Below, piece after piece: positions 18,305 through 28,227 of a stretch of DNA of 32,000 bases. A model generated the notes under the pieces. That model saw nothing but the letters and a program-made list of their open reading frames with translations, made no database searches and was not told the origin of the DNA. A program made the translations under genes and the position numbers. The DNA comes from Vibrio vulnificus CMCP6 (lineage in GTDB: Bacteria; Pseudomonadota; Gammaproteobacteria; Enterobacterales; Vibrionaceae), in contig NC_004459.3 of NCBI RefSeq assembly GCF_000039765.1, forward strand, positions 1,830,001 through 1,862,000, written 5' to 3'. Numbering within the stretch: position 1 is the stretch's first letter; every line of letters starts with the position of its first letter.

Positions 18305-18383
18305 GAAGCATGTTGTCCTAACTTTATTTCTTCAATAAATGGTATCATTCGCGGCTAATTCAAGGTTCGGAATGTAAAGATTA

Positions 18384-18698
18384 ATGACAAACACCTCAAC
18401 TTTGACGGGATTATTGCGACAACTTGAGCTGGAGCTGAAACGTTTAGGCTGGTGGGATGAAATACCCCCAGAGCCTGCATTGTTGCAAAGCGAAATGCCT
18501 TTTGCGGTCGACACGTTAGCGCCGCAACAATGGTTGCAGTGGATCTTCATCGCTCGCATACAGCAGATGATGGCACAAGGGGCGTCACTGCCTAAGGGGT
18601 TTCTGCTCACCCCTTATTTTGAAGAAGCTTGGAAAGAACAGCGTGATACACAAACGTTGTTGAGTATTTTGCGTACGATTGATGAGGTAAGCCAGTAA
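18384..18698 (+). CDS. yqcC: YqcC family protein
   Basis: LLRQLELELKRLGWWDEIPPEPALLQSEMPFAVDTLAPQQWLQWIFIARIQQMM; adjacent to truC. Confidence 0.9.
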   Translation: MTNTSTLTGLLRQLELELKRLGWWDEIPPEPALLQSEMPFAVDTLAPQQWLQWIFIARIQQMMAQGASLPKGFLLTPYFEEAWKEQRDTQTLLSILRTIDEVSQ

Positions 18699-19435
18699 TG
18701 CTGGAGATTGTGTATCAGGATGAATATTTTGTGGCCGTGAATAAACCGGCGGGCATGCTTGTGCATCGCAGTTGGTTGGATAAACATGAAACGCAGTTTG
18801 TAATGCAGACATTGCGTGATCAAATTGGTCAGCATGTTTTTCCGCTTCATCGCCTGGATCGTCCAACCTCCGGGGTGTTGGTTTTTGCACTGTCCTCTGA
18901 AGTCGCATCTCAGGTTATGCCCATGTTTGCCGGACAGGAGATGAGCAAAACCTACCATGCGATTGTGCGTGGCTGGATAGAGGAAGAAGGGGAGCTAGAC
19001 TACGCGTTGAAGGTTGAACTGGATAAGATTGCGGACAAGTTTGCTTCGCAAGAGAAGGAAGCGCAAGACGCGATTACGCTCTACAAACCGCTTGCTAAAG
19101 TGGAAGTACCTTATTCAACGAGCAAGTTCCCAACGACCCGCTATGGGTTAATGGAGCTCAAGCCGAAAACCGGTCGTAAGCATCAACTTCGTCGCCATAT
19201 GGCGCATCTTCGTCATCCGATCGTGGGGGATACCACCCATGGTGATGGCAAACACAACAAGCTGTTCCGTGAAGAGTTTGACGCGCCGAGATTGCTGCTG
19301 CACGCCTCTGAACTCAGATTTGTCCATCCGTATACACAGCAAGAAGTGGTGATTCGAGCAGAGGTTGATAAAGTTTGGCAACAGTTGTTTGAACGTTTTG
19401 AGTGGCCGAGCACTTTGCTTACCGCAAGTCACTAA
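18698..19435 (+). CDS. truC: tRNA pseudouridine(65) synthase TruC
   Basis: MLEIVYQDEYFVAVNKPAGMLVHRSWLD...FPLHRLDRPTSGVLVFALSSE. Confidence 0.95.
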   Translation: MLEIVYQDEYFVAVNKPAGMLVHRSWLDKHETQFVMQTLRDQIGQHVFPLHRLDRPTSGVLVFALSSEVASQVMPMFAGQEMSKTYHAIVRGWIEEEGELDYALKVELDKIADKFASQEKEAQDAITLYKPLAKVEVPYSTSKFPTTRYGLMELKPKTGRKHQLRRHMAHLRHPIVGDTTHGDGKHNKLFREEFDAPRLLLHASELRFVHPYTQQEVVIRAEVDKVWQQLFERFEWPSTLLTASH

Positions 19436-19462
19436 TGCACTCATACTAGGGTGATCACAGTA

Positions 19463-19490
19463 AAAAGGGTTGATGTCATATCAACCCTTT
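19463..19490 (+). terminator. Terminator downstream of truC
   Basis: AAAGGGTTGA...TCAACCCTTT inverted repeat. Confidence 0.65.
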
Positions 19491-19529
19491 GCCATTTAGG
19501 CAGTTTTAAACCAATGAGAAGAGCTTCGC

Positions 19530-19913
19530 TTATTTGAGTTTTTCGAGATCCGCTTCAATTTCGGCAATTTTGCTCGCCACCACTTTCTCGAGATGCTTCA
19601 GATCGGTGAGGATCTTTTGTTTGATATCCACATCTTCTTGTTTGGGTGGCTTGGTAATTTTATTTAGCTCATCAATGACTAAAGTGAGGTTGCGATTAAT
19701 TTCCGTGACTTCTTTATATTGATGACTACCGCTATCAACCAAGACATTTTTGACTTGTCGTGGATACTTGAATTTCACGCTTTTGGCAAAAAACTCGCCT
19801 TTTTGCTTGTGGAAATAGATTTTTAATACGTCTTTGTGCGCTTCCTGACGTAGTGAATAGCGTTCAATCTGGCTAGGATCATGAATACCCAGTCCAGTGA
19901 GGTGTGGATACAT
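19530..19913 (-). CDS. yaeH: DUF3461 (YaeH) family protein
   Basis: [53 protein letters not shown]; upstream neighbourhood glnD-map as in E. coli. Confidence 0.85.
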   Translation of the reverse strand: MYPHLTGLGIHDPSQIERYSLRQEAHKDVLKIYFHKQKGEFFAKSVKFKYPRQVKNVLVDSGSHQYKEVTEINRNLTLVIDELNKITKPPKQEDVDIKQKILTDLKHLEKVVASKIAEIEADLEKLK

Positions 19914-20034
19914 AAGCGACCTCTATTTAGGTATGACTGTTAAGATTCAATGTAGCAGTCAAATCATGTGGTAGATAGCTGATAATCCGACCAATTGACT
20001 AAGTTGTGCACGAGATCGCGCTCGGTATCCTTGG

Positions 20035-20069
20035 TGAAAAAATCCCTCAGCAGAGCATGCTGAGGGATT
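20035..20069 (-). terminator. Terminator downstream of glnD
   Basis: AATCCCTCAGCA-gagca-TGCTGAGGGATT perfect 12-bp stem next to AAAAAA (T-run on the minus strand). Confidence 0.85.
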
Positions 20070-20096
20070 TATCAAAAGCAGAATTTTATGATGAGG

Positions 20097-22718
20097 TTAA
20101 GGGGCGAGTTCGGCGATGTTGTGAATCAGTTTTTCACGTAACTGAAGTTCTTGCTCTTCACTGAGTCGTCCGCCATTCTCACTAGTAAGAATAAATAAGT
20201 CTTCCGCTCGCTCACCTATGGTGGTGATTTTTGCCCCATGTAAGTTAAATCCCATATCAGCGAAGGTCGCGCCTGTAATCGCAAGTAGCCCCGGTGTATC
20301 GAGCGCCACCAGTTCCATCAAGGTGCGTTTTTTACTCTTCGTGGGTAGGAAATCCACTTTGGTTTTCACTTTGAAATGTTGCAACTTATAAGGCGTACGA
20401 CGGGTTTTAACTTTGGTGGGACGACCATCAGCTAGCACGTGCATCAGATGTTTGATGACCGCTTTGTGATTGTCGACGTCGATCGCTTGGCCGTGTTGGT
20501 CAAGTACCATAAAGGTATCCAGTACGTAACCGTCTTTGCTGCTCATGATCTGTGCGTCGTGCACGTTAAAATTACGACGGTCTAGCTCTGCCACCACGGT
20601 GGCAAAGAGCGCATGTTGGTCTTTGGTATAAACAAACACTTCTGTACCGCCACGAGTGGCCTTTTTACTCATCAGCACTAAAGGCTGCTCAGGGTTGTCC
20701 ATACGCAGAATATGTTCGCAATGCCAGGCGATCTGTTTGTGAGTGTGACGGAGGAAATAATCCGCTTTGAAACGTTGCCACAATACTTCGATTTCACGCG
20801 CGGTAAAGCCTTCTTTGCGCAGCAAAGCCGATGCGAGTTGCTGGTTGTGACGAATGCGCTCACGCACGTCGACTGGATTTTCCAATCCACGTCGTAAGGC
20901 TCTTTGGGTGGAGTAAAACAGCTCCGCAAGCAAGGTCCGTTTCCAACTGTTCCAAAGCTCTGGGTTGGTTGCACAAATATCCGCAACGGTCAGGCAGACC
21001 AAGTATTCCAAACGTTCTTCATCGCGTACTTGTTTGGCGAACTCAGTGATCACCTCGGGGTCATAGATGTCTCGGCGCTGGGCCGTGACCGACATCAGCA
21101 GATGGTGTCGTACCAGCCAAGATACCAGCTTGGCTTCAGGCTTGGAAAGGCCGTGTTCGATACAGAAATCGTATGCTTCCTTTTCACCAATTTCTGAGTG
21201 ATCGCCACCGCGCCCTTTGCCAATGTCATGGAAAATGGCGGCGAGGAGCAATAACTCTTTCTTTTGCAATCTAGGATAAACTTCGCAGCAGATGGGGTGT
21301 TTGTCGTGATTTTTCGCATAACTAAAGGTGTTAATGTGATTAAGCAGTCGCACACTGTGTTCATCCACGGTATAGACGTGGAAAAGGTCAAACTGCATCT
21401 GGCCGACAATTTGGCTCCATTGGGGAAGGTAGGCGGCTAAGACCCCAAGCTTATGCATTAAGCTAAAGGCTCGATGAAGCGCATTCGGGTGGCGAACCAG
21501 CTCCATAAATTTTTCACGCGCTTCCGGAATGGTATGAAGAAATTTGTTCAAACGGCGGCGAGCGGTGCGCAATTGGCGTAACGTTGGCGGGCTAACACTG
21601 TCAATGGTGGAATCGTTGGCGATGTGCAAAAACATATCAAGGATGGTTTCTGGACGTGCTTGAAACAACGCAGGTTTGCGCGCCTCGATTAAACGCCCTC
21701 GGCGTTGAAAATCTTCATTGATGATGACCGCTGGCTCGGTTTCTCCACCGTTAATGATGGCTTGGTCAAACAGCTTGAGCAGCATCTTATTGAGCTCCGC
21801 TACACGGCGAAGTGTGCGGTAGAACTCCTTCATCATCATTTCAATGCCGCGGTTCCCTTCACCTTTAAAGCCTAAATGTTCAGCGACTTGTATTTGATGG
21901 GCGAAGGTCAATCGATTGTCATAACGTTTTAGCTCGATGTGTAGCGCAAAACGCACTCGCCATAGAAAATCTTGGCATTCCACCAGTTCGCGATACTCGG
22001 CATCGGTCAGAAAACCATAGCGGCTCATCTCAAGCAGCGAAGTGGCACCAAAATGACGACGCGCTACCCAACTTAAGGTATGAATGTCGCGCAATCCACC
22101 CGGTGTCGATTTTATGTCGGGCTCCAAATTGTAAGTGGTATCGTGATAACGCGCATGGCGCTCACGCTGTTCTTGAATCTTGGCACGGTAGAAGGTCTCA
22201 CTGGGCCAGAAGGAGTCAGAGAGCACCACTTTTTTCAAATCTTGGAAGGTGTTTTCACTGCCGCACAGCAATCGAGCTTCCTGCAGGTTAGTGGCGACGG
22301 TCAAATCTTCACGGCCTATTGCTGCGCACTCCTCGACCGTGCGGACAGCATGACCCACTTCTAAGCGCAAATCCCAAAGCAAAGTGATGAACTCGCTCAG
22401 CTTGGTCTCTAACTCACCGGGTAATTTGTGTTTAGAGAGCACCAGTATATCGATGTCGGATAGCGGGTGAAGCTCACCTCGACCATATCCTCCCACCGCG
22501 ACTAAGGAAATATTATGAATTTCGCTAAACCCGTAGTAGCGCCAAAGACGGGTCAATAGCAGATCCATATATTCCGCGCGTGAGAGCACTAAGTCTGTCA
22601 CCGGATGATGGTTAAGAAACGCTTGTTTCTGCGCATTGGCAAAAAGATCGAGCTGTGATTTGAGTTGGGCAACCGTCAGTTGTTCGTCATTGAAGGTGAG
22701 GGGAGATTGAAAAGCCAT
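20097..22718 (-). CDS. glnD: [Protein-PII] uridylyltransferase / uridylyl-removing enzyme (bifunctional)
   Basis: 873 aa; NTase motif VGGYGRGELHPLSDIDILVL, HD domain AAIFHDIGKGRGGDHS, two C-terminal ACT-like segments. Confidence 0.97.
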   Translation of the reverse strand: MAFQSPLTFNDEQLTVAQLKSQLDLFANAQKQAFLNHHPVTDLVLSRAEYMDLLLTRLWRYYGFSEIHNISLVAVGGYGRGELHPLSDIDILVLSKHKLPGELETKLSEFITLLWDLRLEVGHAVRTVEECAAIGREDLTVATNLQEARLLCGSENTFQDLKKVVLSDSFWPSETFYRAKIQEQRERHARYHDTTYNLEPDIKSTPGGLRDIHTLSWVARRHFGATSLLEMSRYGFLTDAEYRELVECQDFLWRVRFALHIELKRYDNRLTFAHQIQVAEHLGFKGEGNRGIEMMMKEFYRTLRRVAELNKMLLKLFDQAIINGGETEPAVIINEDFQRRGRLIEARKPALFQARPETILDMFLHIANDSTIDSVSPPTLRQLRTARRRLNKFLHTIPEAREKFMELVRHPNALHRAFSLMHKLGVLAAYLPQWSQIVGQMQFDLFHVYTVDEHSVRLLNHINTFSYAKNHDKHPICCEVYPRLQKKELLLLAAIFHDIGKGRGGDHSEIGEKEAYDFCIEHGLSKPEAKLVSWLVRHHLLMSVTAQRRDIYDPEVITEFAKQVRDEERLEYLVCLTVADICATNPELWNSWKRTLLAELFYSTQRALRRGLENPVDVRERIRHNQQLASALLRKEGFTAREIEVLWQRFKADYFLRHTHKQIAWHCEHILRMDNPEQPLVLMSKKATRGGTEVFVYTKDQHALFATVVAELDRRNFNVHDAQIMSSKDGYVLDTFMVLDQHGQAIDVDNHKAVIKHLMHVLADGRPTKVKTRRTPYKLQHFKVKTKVDFLPTKSKKRTLMELVALDTPGLLAITGATFADMGFNLHGAKITTIGERAEDLFILTSENGGRLSEEQELQLREKLIHNIAELAP

Positions 22719-22827
22719 AGTTTGCTATCCGTGCAATCGTTATCTGCTAAAGAATGTAACAGAGTTGCGACTGATAAAAAATATCCCCGCGTAGGCGGGG
22801 ATAGAAAAACGAAATGATCCGATGGGA

Positions 22828-23706
22828 TTAGATATTCTTCATAAGGCGAGGAATGGATTCTTCACTGCGCAGAGTGAGCACTTCACAACCCTCTTTAGTG
22901 ACGAGAATCGTGTGTTCCCACTGTGCTGAATTTTTACCGTCACCAGTGTAAACCGTCCAATCATCTTCAGCATCGACAGTACAACCGAATTTACCTGCAT
23001 TGATCATCGGTTCGATAGTAAAACACATGCCTTCTTTTAACACGCGACGATCGCTATTACGGTAGTGAACGACTTGAGGTTCTTCGTGGAACTCATCACC
23101 AATGCCGTGACCACAGAAATCTTTCACAATAGAGAACTTATTGCGTGGGTTGTTTTTATTATTGTCTTTGATGTATTTCTCGATCGCGGTACCAATATCA
23201 CCCACGGTAGCACCCGGTTTAACTTGACGCATACCGATGTACAGGGCTTCTTGTGCCACCATGCAAAGGCGTTTGTTGGCTGGAGAAACGTCGCCAACTA
23301 GGAACATTTTTGAAGTATCGCCGTGGAAACCTTGAGGACGAACAGACAAATCGGCTTTTTCATCGTCAGGCACAATGACGGTGATATCAACGTTAACGAT
23401 ATCGCCATTTTTCAAAATTGCAGGTTTCATTTGGCCGTTGCTACCGATTTCATCTTTTGATGCTGGAATGCCGTGGCAAACAATATGGTTAATTGACGTG
23501 CAAATCGATTTAGGAAAACCGTGGTAATCCAATGGAGCAGAGTAAGCACCTTTTTCTAGAGCGTAATCGTGACAAATCTGATTCAGTTCATCTGTTGTCA
23601 CCCCTTCCTTGATGTATGGCTCAATCATTTCCAGGATTTCTGCGGCCAGTTTACCGGCAATTCTCATGCGCTCAATTTGCTGAGTAGTTTTAATCTTAAT
23701 TGACAT
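22828..23706 (-). CDS. map: Methionine aminopeptidase type I
   Basis: 292 aa; MSIKIKTTQQIERMRIAGKLAAEILEMIEPYIKEGVTTDELNQICHDY...DFCGHGIGDEFHEEPQVVHY. Confidence 0.97.
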   Translation of the reverse strand: MSIKIKTTQQIERMRIAGKLAAEILEMIEPYIKEGVTTDELNQICHDYALEKGAYSAPLDYHGFPKSICTSINHIVCHGIPASKDEIGSNGQMKPAILKNGDIVNVDITVIVPDDEKADLSVRPQGFHGDTSKMFLVGDVSPANKRLCMVAQEALYIGMRQVKPGATVGDIGTAIEKYIKDNNKNNPRNKFSIVKDFCGHGIGDEFHEEPQVVHYRNSDRRVLKEGMCFTIEPMINAGKFGCTVDAEDDWTVYTGDGKNSAQWEHTILVTKEGCEVLTLRSEESIPRLMKNI

Positions 23707-23866
23707 TGGCTTTCTCTACTTAATTCGGGGGCACATCAGAGTGTGCTGATGCGGCATTCTAACAGGAAGAAATGAGAATGTGTATTTGTCTGAAAAACGA
23801 GAGTATACCCAGGGCCATTTTTTATGGGTTGTGTTCGTTTGGCTTCGTTGCTAAATGCATTTTTTT

Positions 23867-23896
23867 TTGCCTTCAATGGGCAAAATATGGTATAAA
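23867..23896 (+). promoter_or_regulatory. Predicted rpsB promoter
   Basis: TTGCCT-N18-TATAAA with TG upstream of the -10 (TATGGTATAAA) and a GC-rich discriminator (GCGCGCC). Confidence 0.7.
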
Positions 23897-23902
23897 GCGC
23901 GC

Positions 23903-24079
23903 CGGAAATGAGGACTGTTCTCTTCGTTAAGAGAAACTTAATGGCGAAGCAGGCTTCTTCCAAAAACACTTTTTCTTTAAATCACACACATTCCGACACA
24001 TGTTCCGGGGTGCCCAGCGATTAGGCTAGGGTCGGATACATGGGGGATGTGGAGGCCTAACCCCATAGAGGATTTTAAA
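23903..24079 (+). promoter_or_regulatory. rpsB 5' leader, probable S2 autoregulatory RNA element
   Basis: ~177-nt untranslated leader containing CATTCCGACACATGTTCCGGGGTGCCCAGCGATTAGGCTAGGGTCGGATACATGGGGGATGTGGAGGCCTAACCCC; complementary CCGAC/GTCGG segments and GGCCTAACCCC just before the start. Confidence 0.65.
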
Positions 24080-24808
24080 ATGGCAACTGTATCAATGCGC
24101 GATATGCTGAAAGCGGGTGTACACTTCGGTCACCAAACTCGTTACTGGAACCCAAAAATGAAGCCATTCATCTTTGGCGCTCGTAACCGCGTTCACATCA
24201 TCAACCTAGAAAAAACTGTACCAATGTTCAACGAAGCTCTAGCTGAGCTAGTTAAAGTTGGCGAGAAAAAAGGTAAAGTTCTTTTCGTAGGTACTAAGCG
24301 CGCTGCATCTGAAGCTGTTAAAGAAGCTGCAATCGCAAGCAACCAGTACTACGTAAACAACCGTTGGTTGGGTGGTATGCTGACTAACTACAAAACTGTT
24401 CGTCAGTCAATCAAACGTCTAAAAGAGCTTGAAGTTCAGTCTACTGACGGTACTTTCGACAAGCTTACTAAGAAAGAAGCTCTAATGCGCACTCGCGAAA
24501 TGGAGAAGCTAGAGAAGTCTCTTGGTGGTATCAAAGATATGGGTGGTCTTCCAGACGCTCTATTTGTAATCGATGCTGATCACGAGCACATTGCTATCAA
24601 AGAAGCGAACAACCTGGGCATTCCAGTATTCGCAGTAGTTGATACAAACTCTAACCCAGACGGCGTTGATTACATCATCCCAGGTAACGATGACGCTATC
24701 CGTGCTGTTCAACTATACCTGAACGCAGCGGCTTCTTCTCTAACTGAAGGCCGTAACAAAGACGTTGCAGCTGTAGCTGAGAAAGACGGTTTCGTAGAAG
24801 CTGAATAA
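24080..24808 (+). CDS. rpsB: 30S ribosomal protein S2
   Basis: [46 protein letters not shown]; start at the internal Met. Confidence 0.98.
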   Translation: MATVSMRDMLKAGVHFGHQTRYWNPKMKPFIFGARNRVHIINLEKTVPMFNEALAELVKVGEKKGKVLFVGTKRAASEAVKEAAIASNQYYVNNRWLGGMLTNYKTVRQSIKRLKELEVQSTDGTFDKLTKKEALMRTREMEKLEKSLGGIKDMGGLPDALFVIDADHEHIAIKEANNLGIPVFAVVDTNSNPDGVDYIIPGNDDAIRAVQLYLNAAASSLTEGRNKDVAAVAEKDGFVEAE

Positions 24809-24875
24809 TCGCGGCTCTGTGTCACACTTAGTCCATGTGCAACCTGTTTGTCGCATAAACTAAGTTATAGTTAGC

Positions 24876-24908
24876 ATCAGGGGCCGAAATACTGGCCCCT
24901 GATTTTTA
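24876..24908 (+). terminator. Terminator/attenuator between rpsB and tsf
   Basis: ATCAGGGGCC-gaaatact-GGCCCCTGAT-TTTTA perfect 10-bp stem. Confidence 0.85.
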
Positions 24909-24938
24909 CCGTATCCAGAATTAACTGAGGAATAGAGA

Positions 24939-25781
24939 ATGGCTGTTACTGCTGCTCTAGTAAAAGAACTGCGCGAACGTACTGGCGCAGGTATGATGGA
25001 ATGTAAGAAGGCGCTTGTTGAAACTAACGGCGACGTTGAACTAGCAATTGAAAACATGCGTAAGTCTGGCGCAGCGAAAGCAGCTAAGAAAGCTGGTAAC
25101 GTTGCAGCTGAAGGCGCAATCTTCATCAAAGAAGAAAACGGTGTTGCAGTTCTTCTTGAAGTAAACTGTCAGACTGACTTCGTTGCTAAAGACGGTAACT
25201 TTACTGCATTCGCTGGCAAAGTTGCAGCTGAAGCATTGGCATCTAAAGCGTCTATCGAAGAGCTACAAGCTAAATTCGAAGAAGAGCGTGTTGCTCTAGT
25301 TGCTAAGATCGGTGAAAACATCAACATCCGTCGCGTTCAGTTCGTTGAAGGTACTGCGCTAGCTTCTTACCGTCACGGTGAGAAAATCGGTGTTGTTGTT
25401 GCTGGTGAAGGTGATGCTGAAACTCTAAAACACATCGCAATGCACGTTGCGGCTTCTCGCCCAGAATACGTGAACCCAGAAGACGTACCAGCTGACGTTG
25501 TAGCGAAAGAGCGTGAAGTTCAAGTAGAAATCGCTATGAACGAAGGTAAGCCAAAAGAAATCGCAGAGAAAATGGTTGAAGGCCGCATGAAGAAATTCAC
25601 TGGCGAAGTTTCTCTGACTGGTCAACCATTCGTAATGGAACCTAAGAAATCTGTTGCTGAAATCCTTAAAGAGCGTGGCGCTTCTGTTGTTACTTTCGTT
25701 CGCCTAGAAGTTGGTGAAGGTATCGAGAAGGCTGAAGGCCTAAGCTTCGCAGAAGAAGTTGCACTGGCTCAAAAAGGTTAA
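24939..25781 (+). CDS. tsf: Elongation factor Ts
   Basis: [59 protein letters not shown]. Confidence 0.98.
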   Translation: MAVTAALVKELRERTGAGMMECKKALVETNGDVELAIENMRKSGAAKAAKKAGNVAAEGAIFIKEENGVAVLLEVNCQTDFVAKDGNFTAFAGKVAAEALASKASIEELQAKFEEERVALVAKIGENINIRRVQFVEGTALASYRHGEKIGVVVAGEGDAETLKHIAMHVAASRPEYVNPEDVPADVVAKEREVQVEIAMNEGKPKEIAEKMVEGRMKKFTGEVSLTGQPFVMEPKKSVAEILKERGASVVTFVRLEVGEGIEKAEGLSFAEEVALAQKG

Positions 25782-25805
25782 TCCTTAGAGATTGTGCAAA
25801 GATTA

Positions 25806-25832
25806 GACCGTAGCCAAGGCTGCGGTCTTTTT
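25806..25832 (+). terminator. Terminator downstream of tsf
   Basis: GACCGTAGCC-aa-GGCTGCGGTC-TTTTT. Confidence 0.85.
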
Positions 25833-25995
25833 ACGAATAAGCGGTAAATTTTAGCCGTGATGAATTGGGATTGAACACTGACTTTTGCATTAGCCAGTGA
25901 CGAGATGAGAGTGAGAAAGTCATTCCTCACCACGCTCTTCCCTAATCTCAATTCATGACTGTTAACCAACAACTCTTTTTTGTAAGGTGTACTCC

Positions 25996-26721
25996 ATGAC
26001 GACTAACCCTAAACCAGCGTATCAACGTATTCTGTTAAAACTGAGTGGCGAAGCTCTGCAAGGCTCAGAAGGTTTTGGTATTGACCCTACTGTACTTGAT
26101 CGTATGGCTCAGGAAGTAAAAGAATTAGTAGAACTTGGTGTACAAGTTGGTGTGGTTATCGGTGGCGGTAACTTGTTCCGTGGTGCTGGTCTAGCGCAAG
26201 CTGGTATGAACCGTGTTGTGGGTGACCACATGGGTATGCTAGCAACGGTAATGAATGGCCTAGCGATGCGCGATGCGCTACACCGTGCTTACGTAAATGC
26301 ACGCGTGATGTCTGCAATTCCACTTAACGGTGTTTGTGATGACTACAACTGGGCAGACGCCATCCGCGAACTTCGCCAAGGTCGCGTGGTTATTTTTGCC
26401 GCAGGTACTGGCAACCCATTCTTCACTACGGATTCTGCTGCTTGCCTACGTGGTATTGAGATTGAAGCGGATGTAGTTCTAAAAGCGACTAAAGTGGATG
26501 GCGTATTTACTGCTGACCCGGTAGCCAACCCAGACGCAGAGCTGTATGATAAGCTTTCTTACACCGATGTTCTTGAAAAAGAACTGAAAGTGATGGATTT
26601 GGCAGCATTTACATTGGCACGTGACCACAAAATGCCAATCCGCGTATTTAACATGAACAAGCCGGGTGCTTTGCGCCGCGTGGTGATGGGTGAAGCTGAA
26701 GGTACGCTAATTACCGCCTAA
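25996..26721 (+). CDS. pyrH: UMP kinase
   Basis: [63 protein letters not shown]. Confidence 0.97.
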   Translation: MTTNPKPAYQRILLKLSGEALQGSEGFGIDPTVLDRMAQEVKELVELGVQVGVVIGGGNLFRGAGLAQAGMNRVVGDHMGMLATVMNGLAMRDALHRAYVNARVMSAIPLNGVCDDYNWADAIRELRQGRVVIFAAGTGNPFFTTDSAACLRGIEIEADVVLKATKVDGVFTADPVANPDAELYDKLSYTDVLEKELKVMDLAAFTLARDHKMPIRVFNMNKPGALRRVVMGEAEGTLITA

Positions 26722-26812
26722 GCTGTTAATATGCCATTGCAGATAAGGCAATGGCGTAAACGAACCCCGAACAAGCTTTCTAGTAGAAAGACGACATTTT
26801 TAAGGTGAAACC

Positions 26813-27369
26813 GTGATTAACGATATTAAAAAAGACGCGCAAGAGCGCATGGAAAAAAGTGTTGAAGCGCTTAAAAACAGCCTGTCTAAAGTTCGTACTG
26901 GTCGTGCGCACCCAAGTCTGCTGTCTGGTATCTCTGTAGATTACTACGGTGCAGCAACGCCGTTAACTCAAGTAGCGAACGTAATTGCGGAAGATGCGCG
27001 TACACTGGCTATCACTGTTTTTGATAAAGAGCTAACTCAGAAAGTTGAAAAAGCGATCATGATGTCTGACCTTGGTCTAAACCCAATGTCTGCAGGCACT
27101 GTTATTCGTGTTCCACTTCCCCGCTAACAGAAGAACGTCGTAAAGACCTAGTAAAAATCGTTCGTGGTGAAGCTGAAGGTGGTCGTGTCGCAGTTCGTAA
27201 CATCCGTCGTGACGCAAACAGCGATCTTAAAGCGCTACTGAAAGAAAAAGAAATTTCAGAAGATGAAGATCGTAAAGCGCAAGACGAAATTCAAAAACTC
27301 ACTGATGCTGCAGTGAAGAAGATCGACGACGTTCTTGCGGCAAAAGAAAAAGAGTTGATGGAAGTTTAA
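26813..27369 (+). pseudogene. frr: Ribosome recycling factor with apparent 1-nt frameshift (probable sequencing/assembly artefact; otherwise a disrupted gene)
   Basis: ORF 26813..27127 (GTG start) gives the N-terminal 104 aa ending VIRVPLPR*. The next frame continues [81 protein letters not shown] to 27369. Adding one C in the run at 27119-27122 restores ...[14 protein letters not shown] and 185 aa. Confidence 0.95.
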
Positions 27370-27393
27370 TATTTCCATTCACATCACTGTTGG

Positions 27394-27425
27394 AAAACGC
27401 TGTGTTCGCAGCACAGCGTTTTTTT
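27394..27425 (+). terminator. Terminator downstream of frr
   Basis: AACGCTGTG-ttcgcag-CACAGCGTT-TTTTT. Confidence 0.8.
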
Positions 27426-27465
27426 GTGTTACTCTATCCAACTGATGGAACTCAGTTAACTCTTT

Positions 27466-28221
27466 ATGCAAAATTCTCAACTCTTCACCGAATCTCTTCC
27501 TAAGCATATTGCCATTATTATGGACGGCAATGGTCGCTGGGCTAAATCTAAGGGTCAACCTCGCGTCTTCGGACATAAAAAAGGGGTTAGCGCCGTTCGT
27601 AAAACCATCGCAGCTGCATCGAAACTGAATATCCAAGCCATTACGTTGTTTGCTTTTAGTAGTGAAAACTGGCGTCGTCCTGAAGAGGAAGTCGGATTGT
27701 TGATGGAACTTTTCATCACCGTACTGTCTAGCGAAGTGAAGAAGTTACATAAGAATAACCTGCGTTTACGCATCATCGGTGATACCTCACGTTTTAGCGA
27801 ACGTTTGCAAAAAAAGATTGTAGAAGCACAAGAGCTAACAGCAAGTAACACGGGTATGGTGATTAATGTTGCTGCTAACTACGGTGGCAAATGGGATATC
27901 ACTCAGGCCGTACAAAAAGTGGCGCAGCAAGTGGCACTTGGTGATCTGTCGGCTGAGGACATTACGGAAGACGACATTGCTAAGCATCTGACCATGTCAG
28001 ATCTGCCAGAAGTGGACCTGCTCATTCGCACGAGTGGAGAATGCCGCATTAGTAATTTTATGTTGTGGCAAATGGCCTATGCTGAAATGTACTTTACTCC
28101 TGTATTCTGGCCCGATTTTGGTGAAGAAAGCCTGATTGAGGCGATCACATGGTTTGTAAATCGCGAGCGCCGTTTTGGTTGTACTGGCGAGCAAATCAAG
28201 GCCCTGATGAGTGCTCAATAA
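27466..28221 (+). CDS. uppS: Undecaprenyl (polyprenyl) diphosphate synthase
   Basis: [27 protein letters not shown]...[11 protein letters not shown]. Confidence 0.97.
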   Translation: MQNSQLFTESLPKHIAIIMDGNGRWAKSKGQPRVFGHKKGVSAVRKTIAAASKLNIQAITLFAFSSENWRRPEEEVGLLMELFITVLSSEVKKLHKNNLRLRIIGDTSRFSERLQKKIVEAQELTASNTGMVINVAANYGGKWDITQAVQKVAQQVALGDLSAEDITEDDIAKHLTMSDLPEVDLLIRTSGECRISNFMLWQMAYAEMYFTPVFWPDFGEESLIEAITWFVNRERRFGCTGEQIKALMSAQ

Positions 28222-28227
28222 GGATCA

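Noticed and set aside
20678-22364. Several 60-100-aa ORFs opposite glnD
   Set aside because: They lie inside a well-supported 873-aa glnD; low-complexity or odd amino-acid composition and no recognisable family.
23736-23969. 77-aa minus-strand ORF between map and rpsB
   Set aside because: It overlaps the predicted rpsB promoter and leader; the translation is low in family-like features. Best explained as noncoding regulatory DNA.
24860-26528. Minus-strand ORFs opposite tsf and pyrH
   Set aside because: Shadow ORFs of strongly codon-biased genes; no independent support.
26813-27369. Programmed ribosomal frameshifting in frr
   Set aside because: The slip site is a CCCC run at a position where orthologues read CCCCC (PLPPL) straight through, and no stimulatory element is evident. 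A sequencing error or simple indel is more economical.
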